64,000 nucleotides of DNA from Lepidodermella squamata (taxonomy: Eukaryota; Animalia; Gastrotricha): positions 2,108,001-2,172,000 of the forward strand of contig JBLDXI010000002.1 of the NCBI GenBank assembly GCA_047495785.1, given 5' to 3'. Shown piece after piece: positions 49,421 to 62,100 of this stretch (positions are counted from its first letter, which is position 1; each line of letters opens with the position of its first letter). The notes below the pieces were generated by a model. The model was not told the DNA's origin. It worked only from the letters and a program-made list of their open reading frames with translations, and did no database searches. The translations under genes were made by a program, and so were the position numbers.

Positions 49421-50344
49421 TATTTCTGAAAAACGCAACCTGGTCTCTATAAACCAAAAATCGATCATAATGAGATATATTTGATCCTGGAAATGCAAGT
49501 GGCAAAATAGGCGTATTAAAGAAGAGCGATTCAGTTTATTATCTCTAATTATTCTTTAAACAGTAATCTGGGATATGTAAGATATAGGTTTATTGAAGAT
49601 TGAAGGCTTTTAATAAGAGCCATATTATCGGCAAAAATTACAGGCTGAAAGAGATATTGTTGTAATTTGCGTTCTTGGTCCACAAAAATTCCATATTCCG
49701 AGCAAAAACAACCCACCAATCCTTCGCACATAAAATGCGCGTGTCTCGCCAAGTGTTTACTAGGTGATTACTTATTCACCAATCGGCGATGGTTTTCACC
49801 TTATATTCTCATTAAATCCAAGACGTTCAAGTTAAGCAAAAGCATCGCAAATTAGCCGAATTATCAATCTTTGCAATTTGCAAGATTCAGGGGTAGAGTG
49901 GAATCAACTTCATGACTCAACGCAGAAAGTGGTCCAAGTCAATCTCGCTAACTCCAACTCGCTTCAGAGATTATTCTTAAAATTTTAATATAAATTCAAT
50001 GCAAGTATATCACATGCTTCCTTATTTTTTATGAAAACATCATCAATAAGCAATAAAAAAGATCTGTAAATCAATCTAAAAATGTAAACGGAGATTCCGA
50101 GAAGACTTGAGCCATTTATCTGCGCCGCTAAGCGAAGCAATAGAGCAATATTAAAAAGCCCAAAGTTAGCTAAATAATTCATTTCAAGTTTTCCGGCAGG
50201 ACACCAGCTGAGGAACTGGAACCGAATAGCATCGTAGATTTGACCTTCGTTCGACCGCTCGAAGCGAGTAGAAGAGCGAAAGAAACGAGACGAAAAAGCC
50301 AAACAGCTTTCGAGCCAGTTCGGCAACCGTCCCGCCGTTAATTG

Positions 50345-53300
50345 TTAGCCAATTGGGGTTCTGCAGATTGGGCATGTAGGGTGTTCCCTTAACCATCGAT
50401 TTACACACTCCATGTGAAATACTAAATTGAAAAATATGATGAATAAAAATATGCTTTGATTTCAGGATGCGAAAAAACCAACCATGTTTGCATTTCAGAC
50501 GACGAGTGTTGCAAGCAAGTTTCACGACCTCGAGATAGCAAATCGGGCACTGTTCCGGCACATCGAGGTTCGAAACCGTTTCCGCTATTAAATTTGAAAA
50601 AAATTGAAAAAAAATCAGCTCAACCGATTAATTTTAAAAAACCATTGCCGCCCGTGTGTAGTAATTCTTTCGAGGCTGTGTACAATTTTTCCGCCAATAA
50701 AAAATAGTACCGATCGCGGCTTGGCGCTTTGCTGAAAATCTCCGCCTCTGCTTGCACCGTAAAATTGACAACACGATCTTTCTCGTTGTAGTTGCCTTGG
50801 TGCATCAAGTCGACAACAAATTTGTCTATAATCTTTTTTCTATCTGGCGTTGAAAAATTCCTCTGCCACGTATGGACCGTGGAAACATCCAACGGCTCGC
50901 CGATTCGCGACGATTTAACTGCACCACCGCTGCTGCTACCCGAACCTTTCGCCTCCTCAGGCTTCGATTCAACTTCCATCGAAACAGTAACAGGCGCGCT
51001 TGACGTCTGAGCCGGCTTTTGGCTGCTGGCGTCGAATAGCGGCTTCGACAACGTAGAAAGCATTCGAACTTCCTTACAAACCGGACATTCAGCATCCTTG
51101 CAATTCTGCCAGTGCAAAATTATTTGACGCGTTGATAAACAGCTTTTATCTATATAAATCGAATTTAAAATAAAATTTCGAAATTTTTTGAAAATTACAT
51201 TTGCAATCCTTGTCGTTTTTGCATCCTCTCAAATGTTCGATCACGTCTTTCATTCGCTTGCAATAGGCCACCTTGCAGTTGTTGTTGCCGCTGCTGGCGC
51301 TGTCTTCGGTAGATGATGATGGCAGTTGAACCGGGGCTGATGTAGACGATGCTGGTTCAATGACTTCGGCCAGCGATTTTGCTAGGGCGTCGCGTTTCGC
51401 ACATTTATGCGCGTGAAGTATAAGAATCAATTGATTTTGAATCCCAATCCTCTTCTCCTCCGTAAGGCCCTGGTTTTTCGAGCTCTAAACAAGAAAAAAT
51501 GTTGGAAAAATGAGTTTAATCGTTATTGAAGCTAATCACCGTGGGAGGTTGGCGAGCTTCAACGTAAGCAGCGGGAGCCGATAACGACGATGCCTCGATG
51601 CTAGTTTTGCCAGACGGATCATAAGCCATCGGTGCCGAAGTAGTCTGCAACGGGATAGCTTCCCTTTGATAATTGGATCCTTCCGATGAAACTGAAGGAA
51701 CACCTGGTTGAGAGGCGTATCCTGAAGAAGCGCTCGAATGGTAGCCAGAGCTTCCACTTGACGCCACCGAAGGGTCTGAAGTAACACTGTGCTGATAGGT
51801 CGATCCTGAAGAACCGCTCGAATAGTAGCCAGAGCTTCCACTTGACGCCACCGAAGGGTCTGAAGTCGATGAGTGGCCGGCATTTACTAGCAGTGGAGCT
51901 ACGCTGCTAACACCAAAGGCTGCCGACGATTGGTAGCCGGAATCTGTATTGCTTGAATAAACTGCCGTTGTTGGTATTCCTCTAACACTAGAGACTGTCG
52001 GAACCATTGAAGGATCACCCTGCTGACTGCTGGATCCTAAAACCATAGGAGCCGATAACGCCGGTGCTTCGACGTTAAATTTGGCATAATTCGGGTCAAA
52101 GGTCACCGGTGCCGAAGTAACTTGCGAAGCTGGGAAAGCTTCTTTTTGATAGTTGGAACCTGTAGTAACTGACGAGCCGTAGCCAGAATCTTTACCGCTG
52201 GAGTCTTTTGAAACCACAGAAGCAAGACTCTGGGGATATCCGATCGAACCAGCCGACGTTGCGATTCCAGAATCATTGCTGCTGATGCTTGAAAATCCTG
52301 CTTGCTGTTGTCCTACGCGAACATTTTTACCAGAATGAGGCAAAGATATCGATGCAGCTGGCGCAGATTTGAAAATTATCTCTTCCTCGTCGTGAAGTTT
52401 CTTCGCAAATTCGTAAGGGTCGTTTAAGAAAGGTTTCTTTAGAATTTCAGAGGCCGCGGGTCGCTGGCTAGGATCATCAACCACTAGGCTGTAGCACAGG
52501 TCCTCAAAATCCACAGAGAACTTTGCATTTGGGTGTTGAATCTTTCGAGAATCCCAACTGGGACATCACCGAATATTTGATAGTTGATAAGAGCACGGGT
52601 ATAACTTACCGAGCACATGCCTCAGGTAGGGACATGACAGTCTCACATTCAAAAGCAGGCACTTTCAGACACGCTATTTCATAGAATACGACACCTAGGG
52701 CAAAAATGTCTGTTTGTTTTGTGAAATTCGCTCCTTCTTTCCACAAGTCTTTAGGAATGTACACGGCTTCCTCGCGGTCCAGTTCGTGTAGCGACTTCAG
52801 CCTACGCGGGGAACATAGCCAAGAATAGAAAGAAATTAGGGAAATAAACTCACTGTTTACGTTTGACTAAGCCAAAGTCCCCTAGCTTAATCATATCAGT
52901 CGAAACTGATTGTACTAAGGAGACATTCTGCGGTATATATATAAGGTAAAAATTTCGTCATTTTTCATCGCAGAAACTTACATCAGCCTTGATTTCGCGG
53001 TGGACAATGTCACGCTCGTGAAGATATTCAACCGCCATTGCAAGCTGGACAAGCCAAAGTTTTATTTGGTCTTCATCGAAAGGTTGTTCCTTGTTTCGTT
53101 TACTGATAATTTTTCGCATATTATCTAAAAAATATTGCAATAATTTTAGAATAATTTAATTTTCAAAATTTAATTTCGATTAATAATCCTTCACCCCACC
53201 CACTTGTGTCCGCAGCGCACTGCCGCCGGCAAGCGCATATAATCTTGTGACCCCGCGTCATTGATATCTTTCACTTATTTCGTCTCCCCTATTTATGTGA

Positions 53301-53745
53301 TATCATAGCATAGCATAGCATAGCATTTTCTTTATTTTATCTTTTCCTTGATCAACGGTGATATCAATGAACAATAAATATTTGAATTTAGAATTTAGAA
53401 TTTTCAAAAACAAAATAACTAACCGGCGTTGAAACATTGCACAACGACACATGAGGCCGCTCCAATTGGCACGATATCCATAACGCGAACCATGTTCGGA
53501 ACAAGCATACCCTTCAATTTTTTGTACTGGAAAAAAGGAATGAATTGCAGGTAGATTTATATTTAAAATGAATTTATCACCTCTTCCAGAGATTTTAGAA
53601 CATCTTCGTCGGGTTGCTCAGCCATATAGGCTTTTTTCAAGGTGGGCGTCTTTCGGCCAGGGACCTTGAACGCATAACTTCCAATTGTAATCGATTTAAA
53701 TTGAGCTGGCAGCTCAGCAGCATTTTCGGATGTACTCGTTGCCAT
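50345..53745 (-). CDS. Chimeric NEK-like pseudokinase - Ser-rich linker - TAZ1 - KIX - RING-H2 protein, 10 exons, 888 aa
   Basis: Exons 53745-53581, 53526-53424, 53124-52982, 52927-52854, 52801-52610, 52557-51540, 51484-51199, 51149-50643, 50584-50483 and 50421-50345 (2667 nt, all GT-AG, in frame). Kinase: WLVQLAMAVEYLHERDIVHREIKADN, IKLGDFG, DIFALGV. TAZ: QNQLILILHAHKC...HWQNCKDAECPVC. KIX: RDRYYFLLAEKLY. RING-H2: CPIC...CKHVFHMEC...CPIC. Confidence 0.85.
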
Positions 53746-55884
53746 TTAGATAAATGGAAACGCATTTATCTGATCATTACGAGAAAAACTCTGAAAATAC
53801 GCAGATCAGCGAGTGAAAAATTGGATGTTTTTGTCTTCCAATTGTAAGCTTTCGAAGTCGATTTCGAACATAAATGTATTTCCATGGCGGGAAGATACTA
53901 GAATATTTGGCATAGATTTTTTCAATTGAGAAACAGCATAGGAAAAGTGAAAATTTGTTTTTTCAAACGAATAAATTGGTTGGTTGTTACTCAACAATGG
54001 TCTTACACAAGATGTTGCCGCGTTTTTTGCTCTTAAAAGTCAAAGTGCCAGATGTCATCCCATAGAAAATGTTGAAGCTTTTCAAGATCGAAAACTTGAA
54101 CTGACGAAGTCAGAATTCATCGAAAATATTGGATCAAAAATAATCGCCAGGAATCACCTGAAATAAATTTTCATAAATTTTACCTAATTTATCGATAAAA
54201 AAATCGATTTTCCGGGAGTTTTTTGCAGATTTTCGCCGAGGAAAATAAAACAAAGAATTCCGCGTTGTTTCGCTAAAATAGATCCTGAGACAAAGCAGGC
54301 AGAAATTAGTTACAACAATTTCCTGATTTTTCGAGGGCCGATGCTTCTCAATTCGGGGGATGATTTGCCTTTGCTGACCGGTCACCTCAAGATAGATCAG
54401 CCGATTCTTTCTTGTGGAGCTCCTCAGAAAATTGATCACAACGCTGAATGAACCATAGCTCCTCCCAGAGAGTAAAAAGCACCTCCAGCAATATGATTTC
54501 ACAAAAAAAGTGTCGGTTTTCTTATTCTGTCTCAACTTTCGCGTTATCGAAGAATACATGAATACAAACGGATTCGAAAAAGCCGAATAATTAACATCCT
54601 CAAAAGTTGGTTAATATAATTACTCACACGCTCAACATTTGGGATGAATACGTGCCACGTAGCAGAGTGATGCAATTATATTTGATTCATTATTTAAAAT
54701 TCATCATTATAATATAGACCATGCACGAATGAAGACGGCGCTTGCGCATTTTTTAGCAGCAGCAACAATGACACAAGTTTCACTTTTTAATGGTTGAGTA
54801 ATTTCCCAAATTTTATCGACAATTGAAGAGGTATCAGAAGGCTATTTACACCGAAGTTTTAGAGTATAACAGTCGATACAACAGAGAATATAATGATATA
54901 TCTTCCGTGATAAATAGCCTCAATTGTGGAAATTTACAGATTCTGATTTTTCATTCCGTATTTTAAACAACTGATTCAGAAGGCGGTTCGCATAATAACA
55001 ACAATCTAAAAAAAGCGACAAGCCATTGCTTTAGTTAGTTCTTGCTTTTGGTTAAATAGAACAGTAGCAGGAAAAAATAGCAGCTGAGAGTTGTAAAATG
55101 AATCATCTTGAGATACTGCTCCACGCGCCCGGCTGGTGGACGCATGGAGCCATAGATGGAGCGTGTTTCGAGCAATATCTTGGCGAAATGAAACTACGCA
55201 GTTACGTGTTAACATTAGCTCGCAAGAGATCTCGACGAAAATGTGTCATTTACATAAAAACAATCTCTGAATATTCATGCCATTTATACTTTCAAATCAG
55301 ATCACCACTCGTGAGGGAAAATCGGAAAAAGTAAGCGATGTTAGTAATTTAATGCCTCATATGGACAAACCATGGGAGCATAATAAAGCTTGTGCACGCT
55401 CCTTTATATAGCAGTACTACAGCTATTAATATATGCTGAAATGTGCGCATGCTTTTTATCAACGCATATAACGGCTTGTCAAATAATAACGGCGTAAAAC
55501 CTTCATAAAACTGGATGTGGCTTTCGTAACCATTATTTTCGATCGCCAAAAATCAGGTAAAACTCGTAAAATCACAAAAATTTACAGATAAATCGGTAAT
55601 CACCTTACACACCATAGTGGCAAAATTCGTCGATTTCTGAATCAAGGCTGATTTTCTATACTAAACAACCATGGCTTTCTACAAAACTACCCCACCCTAT
55701 GATAATTAGTTTCATTAGTTGCTAGCAAAAAAAATATTTAAAATAAGTTAACCATGTGATTGGGATTAAATAGCCTAATATAATGGTTTTCCAAAACAGA
55801 AGAACAGTCGCGATCAAAACTTCGTCAAAATTCGACCATTACTATTATTGATTATTATACGGATTATTTTCCTTATAAAATATA

Positions 55885-56271
55885 GCGCAACGCATTTACA
55901 TCCAAACACTTACATCAACGCGTTGAAGGTCATCGATACACGGAAGTCGGCAAACATATGGAGCAGCATGGCGTTGGGAAGGACGAACTTGATAAGTATT
56001 TCAAGGTGCTCGCTAAAGGACAAACTAAATGGGACTGCTCTACATACATGCTCTACATTCGTAAGCTTAAGCCCAATCTCAACAAACAAACCGACTCGAT
56101 CAAAGCTAAGTTATTTACGGAGCCGATATTCCATGAGAAGTGCAGAAGAAGATGAAAAGCTAATCGGATCATAATTTCCATATGTTTTAAAAACATCAAC
56201 CTTAATTATTATCTTAACTTCAAATTTCGATTGAATTTCTTAACTAATCCCTGAAGATGGTTATATCGAGT
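55885..56271 (+). mobile_element. Penelope-like element remnant (GIY-YIG endonuclease C-terminus plus 3' region)
   Basis: TSKHLHQRVEGHR...VGKHMEQHG...FKVL...KWDC...MLYIRKLKPNLNKQTDSIKAKLF resembles the PLE GIY-YIG C-terminus. It is followed by a hammerhead ribozyme motif. Confidence 0.7.
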
Positions 56272-57301
56272 CATAGACAAATAATAAAATGACCGCTGCA
56301 AAGTGAAAAGTGTATCTTGGCGATTTTTCAATTATTTTCAGCAACAAGAAAAACAAGTCTCGGGACCAGCCAAGGCCGTTCTAGTTTCATCTAATTACCT
56401 TACGTAGTTTGAGTCGTAGATTCCAAATTTCGCATCCTTAACTTCACAGGACCTACGGATCCACCTCAAATTTGCATTAATCTTCAAAGCATTAATTAGC
56501 GATTTTTTCTACATTTTTGTACGCATAATTTACGATGCAGACATCAAGATTTGTGCGCATTGAAAGCTAAAACGATGTTTTAGCATTTCGCCGACATGCA
56601 ATAAAAGCAAAAGCCGCCCTCATTTGCCAACGCTCGCGCTTTTTGGCCCTTAAAACTGAAACAGTAGTAATAGAAGCAGTCCTCGAAATCGCCACTCACA
56701 TTATCGTGTGCTATTGCTTATCAACACGCCATGAGTGAAATTTGCCTGGACCTTGCTACAAGAACACACTAGGGGATCGAGAATACCAAGCCATAGGTCC
56801 TGAACTGCCTGGAATTTTCAGGTATTCATGTCTGTGGTAAATTACGCGCTGGTATTCAAATTTAAATAAAAAAAGCTAACAAATTTTGTGCTTCGCCATT
56901 TTTTATTGATATTCCAATTGAATGCTGGTGTGAAAAGCGCCTTGTCTCGCTCTATCGAACGGTATAAAATTTGTAGAAATACGATTTAGAAATCCGGAGA
57001 TAATGACGGTGAACACGTGTGCAAATCATTTTTTATGCGCGCAAAATGAAGTTTTTATTTTCATATTTTTCTCAAAAAGTGAAAAAATTGTCTCTAAACT
57101 TCTAAACACGATATCTCGGTCAGTTTGAGGTATTTTTTCGAACGGTTTTCACCAATAGACTCGTGATGTCATGGCCAACAACGCTATGTACTCATTTCGA
57201 AATGGCAAAAAATTCGCCAAGATACACTTTTCACTTTGCAGCGGTCAAATAATAAATAAATTATTATTTGTCTATGTATCGAGTATAACAGAAACGTTGG
57301 A
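56248..57301 (+). ncRNA. Minimal type I hammerhead ribozyme (Penelope-type), interrupted by a MITE in loop II
   Basis: Removing the MITE and one TSD gives TCC-CTGAAGA-TG-GTTATA-TCGAG-TATAAC-A-GAAA-CGTT-GGA. This has stem I TCC/GGA, core CUGANGA, stem II GTTATA/TATAAC, GAAA, palindromic AACGTT stem III and a GUU cleavage triplet. Confidence 0.65.
56272..57276. mobile_element. Non-autonomous DNA transposon (MITE) with 8-bp TSD, P- or hAT-like
   Basis: Terminal CATAGACAAATAATAA / TTATTATTTGTCTATG plus an internal ~34-bp inverted repeat TGACCGCTGCAAAGTGAAAAGTGTATCTTGGCGA. Perfect 8-bp TSD TATCGAGT at 56264-56271 and 57277-57284. Confidence 0.92.
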
Positions 57302-57810
57302 ATTCGAATAAATGCGTTACGTTTCATAAACAACATTTACTTAAAGAAACTTGTAATACAAAATATAGCGCATGAAAAGAAATTCCACTGACTAGTACAG
57401 CCACTTTACCGAGGACTGTGGAACATCGCAGTAAAGAGCCATATGGGCCGTGATTCAAATACGTAAGCGTGATCAGATATTCTGCTAATATTTTTTTTAT
57501 TTTGTAAATGAAAATATTGGCACTTGTCCATGCTGGCCGAATGATTCTATCCGAAAAAGGTGGCTACCCTAAGTGATTGAGAAAGCGAAAGCCTTGGCGA
57601 AAACATATCGTTAGTGACCTAAAAATAATGTATATGTCGTATTTGTCGTAGGGGTTTACCATAAGTATAACATAATATTATGACTATGTTGTTTATCTAA
57701 TTCCGGGATTTTTCATATTACGTTTTTTATCAGAATACAGTAGGTATCTATTTTTGTCGAATAAAGGCCGCACCCATAGCCCACGCCTTAATCACTCATT
57801 AAGCCCTAAA

Positions 57811-59135
57811 ACTAGACATAAGGATAGACTGCTTACTCACGAGAAAAAAGGTGCTACGCCATGGGCGCCAGATGGTCAGCTGATTCATCAGCGCTTGAAA
57901 GTGAAGTAAACAACATATTCGATTGGTTTTTAGCTGGTTCCGAGACAGTTTCTACATGTTTGGTTGATGGATTCAGAGGAACAGAGGAAATCACAAGTAA
58001 CAAGCTGGTTGTTTTTTTCAAAATTTGTATACCTAGGAACCCTAATCGACGAAAAATGGTTTCGCAGTTACCAAATACAATTAAATTTCAGGATCAATGA
58101 GGTTGAAATTGAAGCAGCTTTTTATTCCAAGTAGCTCGCATCATACCGTGGTGTGGGGTAACTTGGCCGGAAATATGGTTTTTTGAACCTCTCATGTCTC
58201 CGGTAACTTGTTTTGCTTTAAATTTTACACCAAAAAATCCCCGTTCAATTCTCGATCGATTGGTCAAAACCGGGTCGACGACCGATAAAATCAATCGATT
58301 CTGTGGAGGTTGAAGTGATCTTGACCAAGTGGGGTAACTTGGCCGCATGGCTATTTCACTTGGCGATGAACCATCTGGCAGAAACTAGGACGATGATTCA
58401 TCTCGCCATCTCATGTCTAGGCCAAATTTTGGTGCGCATTTCGTACGGTAAAATCGGTCAAGTTACCCCACAAAATTCAGGTAATTACCGCTCGCGATTG
58501 TGACATCAGTTTTCTGTGTTCAAGGTGTGATTTGAAAGGTATCACCGGGAGGAATATTTCTGTGAAAACGGCGTTTTCATCCGATCCCAGAATTCCTTGT
58601 TATAAATGCTCAAAATCTCAGCGCCTAAAATGAATGAGTTGGTACTGACCTAACTTGTCATTTAAAAACGATTTTTCGAATTCGGTTAAAAGGGAGCTGT
58701 AGCTTAGGTGGCAAGAAATGTTCTTATGAAAAAAGTTTTTTCGATGTGAAATCGTCCAGAAGGCGACTTTTACGGCCAAGTTACCCCACGCCACGGTAGT
58801 CTACATTTCAATACTTGGAGCGAGCTTGACGAATTTTTACTCATTTTCTGGAAATTTTCGAAAAATCATGATCTTTTTCCAGCTACACCATGTGGGTATG
58901 GCGCAATATAAAGATTCTAGAGTGTAGCCTTCAGTTTTTGTATAGCTAGAGGTTGAGATTTCATAGATAAGATCGAAGAAACTATCATAAGCAAGGAACC
59001 AGCTACTAAAAATCAATAGATTATTTTGTTTACTTAACCTCCAAGCACTGAACCAAGCTGGCCATTTGACCGCCCATGGCGTAGCACCCTTTTTCTCGTG
59101 AGTATAAGCTGTCTATCCTAAATTATGTCTATAGT
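57811..59135. mobile_element. Older non-autonomous TIR element (~70-bp imperfect TIRs) hosting a nested MITE
   Basis: Left end TAGACATAAGGATAGACTGCTTACTCACGAGAAAAAAGGTGCTACGCCATGGGCG matches the reverse complement of 59070-59135. No clear TSD. Confidence 0.75.
58146..58796. mobile_element. Tc1/mariner/pogo-type MITE, nested
   Basis: 24-bp TIR CCGTGGYGTGGGGTAACTTGGCCG (1 mismatch) flanked by TA on both sides. Internal partial TIR copies at ~58329 and ~58454. Confidence 0.88.
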
Positions 59136-59199
59136 TAGAACCCTCGAGAAAGCGGCCAACGACACTTGAAATGCTCATTTTTAAGCAGATGAGAGAAAC

Positions 59200-62100
59200 C
59201 ATTTTATTTGGTTGTACTGTGTTATTAACAATAATAACAATGCCTTTAAGACGCAGTGGTATATATTTCTTAATTTTAGTTGAATAATATTTTGATTAAT
59301 GGTTGGATTGATTGTTAGCGTATAGATGATGATTTAGGATTCTAATTCCATCTTTTAGAACTTGAAGGGCGATTTCCTCTGATTTGCTGCAGCTGATGCC
59401 GCAACCCTGAAGTCACCGCTTCTTTTGTCAGTGAGCCACGGGCGCCAATGTAGAGGCCGCGTACTTCGATCGAGTCCAGGTCGAAAGCTTCACAAATAAA
59501 GTTACTACACGGTTCATATATTGAGCGCTTTTCCAGATCTACAACTGTAAATTGGTCTTCAGTTGATTCGAATCTAATCGTCGGGTCGATAATTAATCCA
59601 TTTCTACTTCCCTTTTGAACTGCTAAAATGTCGAATCGTCGCGTTGAACCATTGTTGGCGATGCAGTGTCCTTCCTCAGTCACTTTGAGGCCTTGGCTAC
59701 GTAATTCAGCCGCAATTTTCTGACGGATCTTGTTATGTCTCGAAGTAATCAGCAACGAGTTGAAGGGGCAAGCGCCGAGGAAGTGGGCAAGGGTTTCAAT
59801 CTCAGCGCCGCATCTGCGACACTGGGTACCGTCCTGACTGACACCTGGCACCCCTCTCACCGTATTCGTTGACATCTTAATTGCTATTGTCCACTCTGCT
59901 ACACTCAAGCCATTCCTTCGCAGAACCCAGTTGTTTGTTTTAGGCACACATTTAAACTGAGACACTCCTTTTCCTTCCTGTTCCAGGCTGCACCAAAATT
60001 GGAATTCTCGTTCTCTCAAATTGCTGCGTATAGCTTTTACGTGTGGCGGAAGGTTCTTCTCTGCCTCATGTCCATCATTTTCATCCAACTCTTCTTCAAG
60101 ATTGAATTCGAGGTTTTCGTCCGAGGCTAAGTCGATATCAATGTTGGCAAGGCATTCCTCCATTTCACCTTCCAGGTCCCTACAAGCCATCACAAGCGGT
60201 TCGCCATGGATGAGAAGCTTCCTGCAGATGTTATATATTTGTAAATACGCTTCCCAAGATGCTTTTGGTAGACCAATACCACGGTGTTTTCGTGGTGCGT
60301 ATAAGAAGCTCGATGGCGTACTGGTAGGAAGACCAATGAATTCTTTAACAACACTTCGTAGGATCACATCAACGGAGTCAAGGAAGGTTTTTCTTATAGC
60401 TTTGACTGGGGCCGTTTGAAAGGGATAGATAAGCTTTGGCCAGATAAATTGCGTTAGAATTGTTAGTTTTTGGTCCGCGAGCAAAACATTCGATTTCGCG
60501 AGTAGTTCCAATTGTTCCTTCAATTCTGAAATGACAGCTCCTTCATCGAAAATAATCTCGTCGTTAAAGGTTACTCCTAAGTATCTAATGGATTCATCCT
60601 CTTTGATAGCCGGAATCAAATCACCGTTGTTCAATACCAAGGGTTCAGGATTACGCTTTCCATTTTCGACAATAATTGCCACGCATTTCTTCACATTTAC
60701 TTCGAGTCCAATCTGTGCAAATAGGTTTCTTGCAATTTCGACAAGCGTGGCAGCTGATTCGCGGCTGTTCCCGACAGGCGTAGTGTCGTCAGCGAAACCA
60801 AGAACAGAAAGATCTGAGGAAAGTTTGAAACCATACTCTTCAGCTACTTCCCGCGCTCAGATAGCTCACGTAGAACGAAATCAATGCAAAGATTAAATAG
60901 AGTAGGTGAGATAGGTGAACCTTGCATAACTCCGCGTTCAAACGAGATTGGAGAAGTTTTAAGGCCATTTGCTTCGATTTGTGTAGAGTTATTAATTACT
61001 AGCTCCATTAGCATAAAGCGAAGGTCACTCGGGATGGGCAGATATTCCAATGTTTTCCGTATATTATGTTCGAAACCAACGTTATCGAAGGCTTTGGCTA
61101 AATCCAAGAAGGTCACAACGCAAGTAGATTTGTCTGCTTTGGCTTTTCTAAGACACCCAGAGACAATCGAAGCATTTAATAGGGTGCCTGGGCACGAAGT
61201 GAATCCACGCTGATTCGATGAGAAGCATAGGTACTCTCTAAGCCGGCGGTCCAGCATTCGTTCGAACACACGTCTCACGAGGGATGTTATTGTTATTGGG
61301 CGCCAGATGTTCGGGTCATTGAGGTCACCTGATTTATCAATAAGCACAGTTCTCGCAATCCGCAGGCTGCTCGGAAGAAATCGGCGTTTCAACATGAAAT
61401 TGTAAATCAAGACGAGTACATCAAGGCAACCCTCTGCATGAATAACTCTCATGAGTGTTCTATCCGGTCCAGGAGATGTGTCAAGGCCAATTCCAGCAGC
61501 TGCTGGCTTGATCTCTTCTACGTTGGTGCCTAATTCGAAACTCGAGTCAATATTATTCTGATCACTATCTGATATTGGTTCCATAGGACGGTCTTGTTGC
61601 GTCATTCGGCTTGCCCCATCTTGAAGAGAAGAATGCGAAAAGCTGTGAAATAGGTACCATGCAGCCTTTAGATTTTGATTGGCTAGTTACTAGTCTTGCG
61701 ACTTGTCGTCGACGATTGTAATAAAGGTACTGAGCTAGCTCGTATTCATACTGATGCCTAGATTTCGCACGCGAACGTTTGGCTACTCTAGATGGATTCG
61801 ATGATGCTTTGAAGTTGCCTTTCTTTTTCTTGCCTTTTCGTTTCTTTCGAGCTGCGACAAATTTTCGAGCGGGGTGTTTTGGTCCGGGTAGGTTATCTAT
61901 AACGCTAGGGAGGCCTTCCATAAAGTCAGAAACAGCTTTGTCAAGGTCGCTATCGGAACAGTTACTAGACATTATGTTTTTGAACTTCATATTCCATTCC
62001 GTGAAGAAAGGTAGCGGCTTCTTTGTTGTATTCCCGTCTGAATGATTGTCAACGTTGGCTTCTGTGCTCCTTTCAGATTTTGTTCTAACAAACTTTCCGA

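Noticed and set aside
50620-51484. Calling the TAZ-KIX region the true CBP/p300 gene
   Set aside because: No bromodomain, HAT, ZZ or TAZ2 follows; the frame splices into a RING-H2 and stops at 50345.
53190-53325. Possible SINE with (CATAG)4 tail in kinase intron 2
   Set aside because: No convincing TSD or Pol III boxes; noted only as an unusually long intron.
58690-58740. tRNA-like 5' end (GGGAGCTGTAGCTTAGGTGG)
   Set aside because: No T-arm (GTTCRA) or acceptor stem complement; lies inside a MITE.
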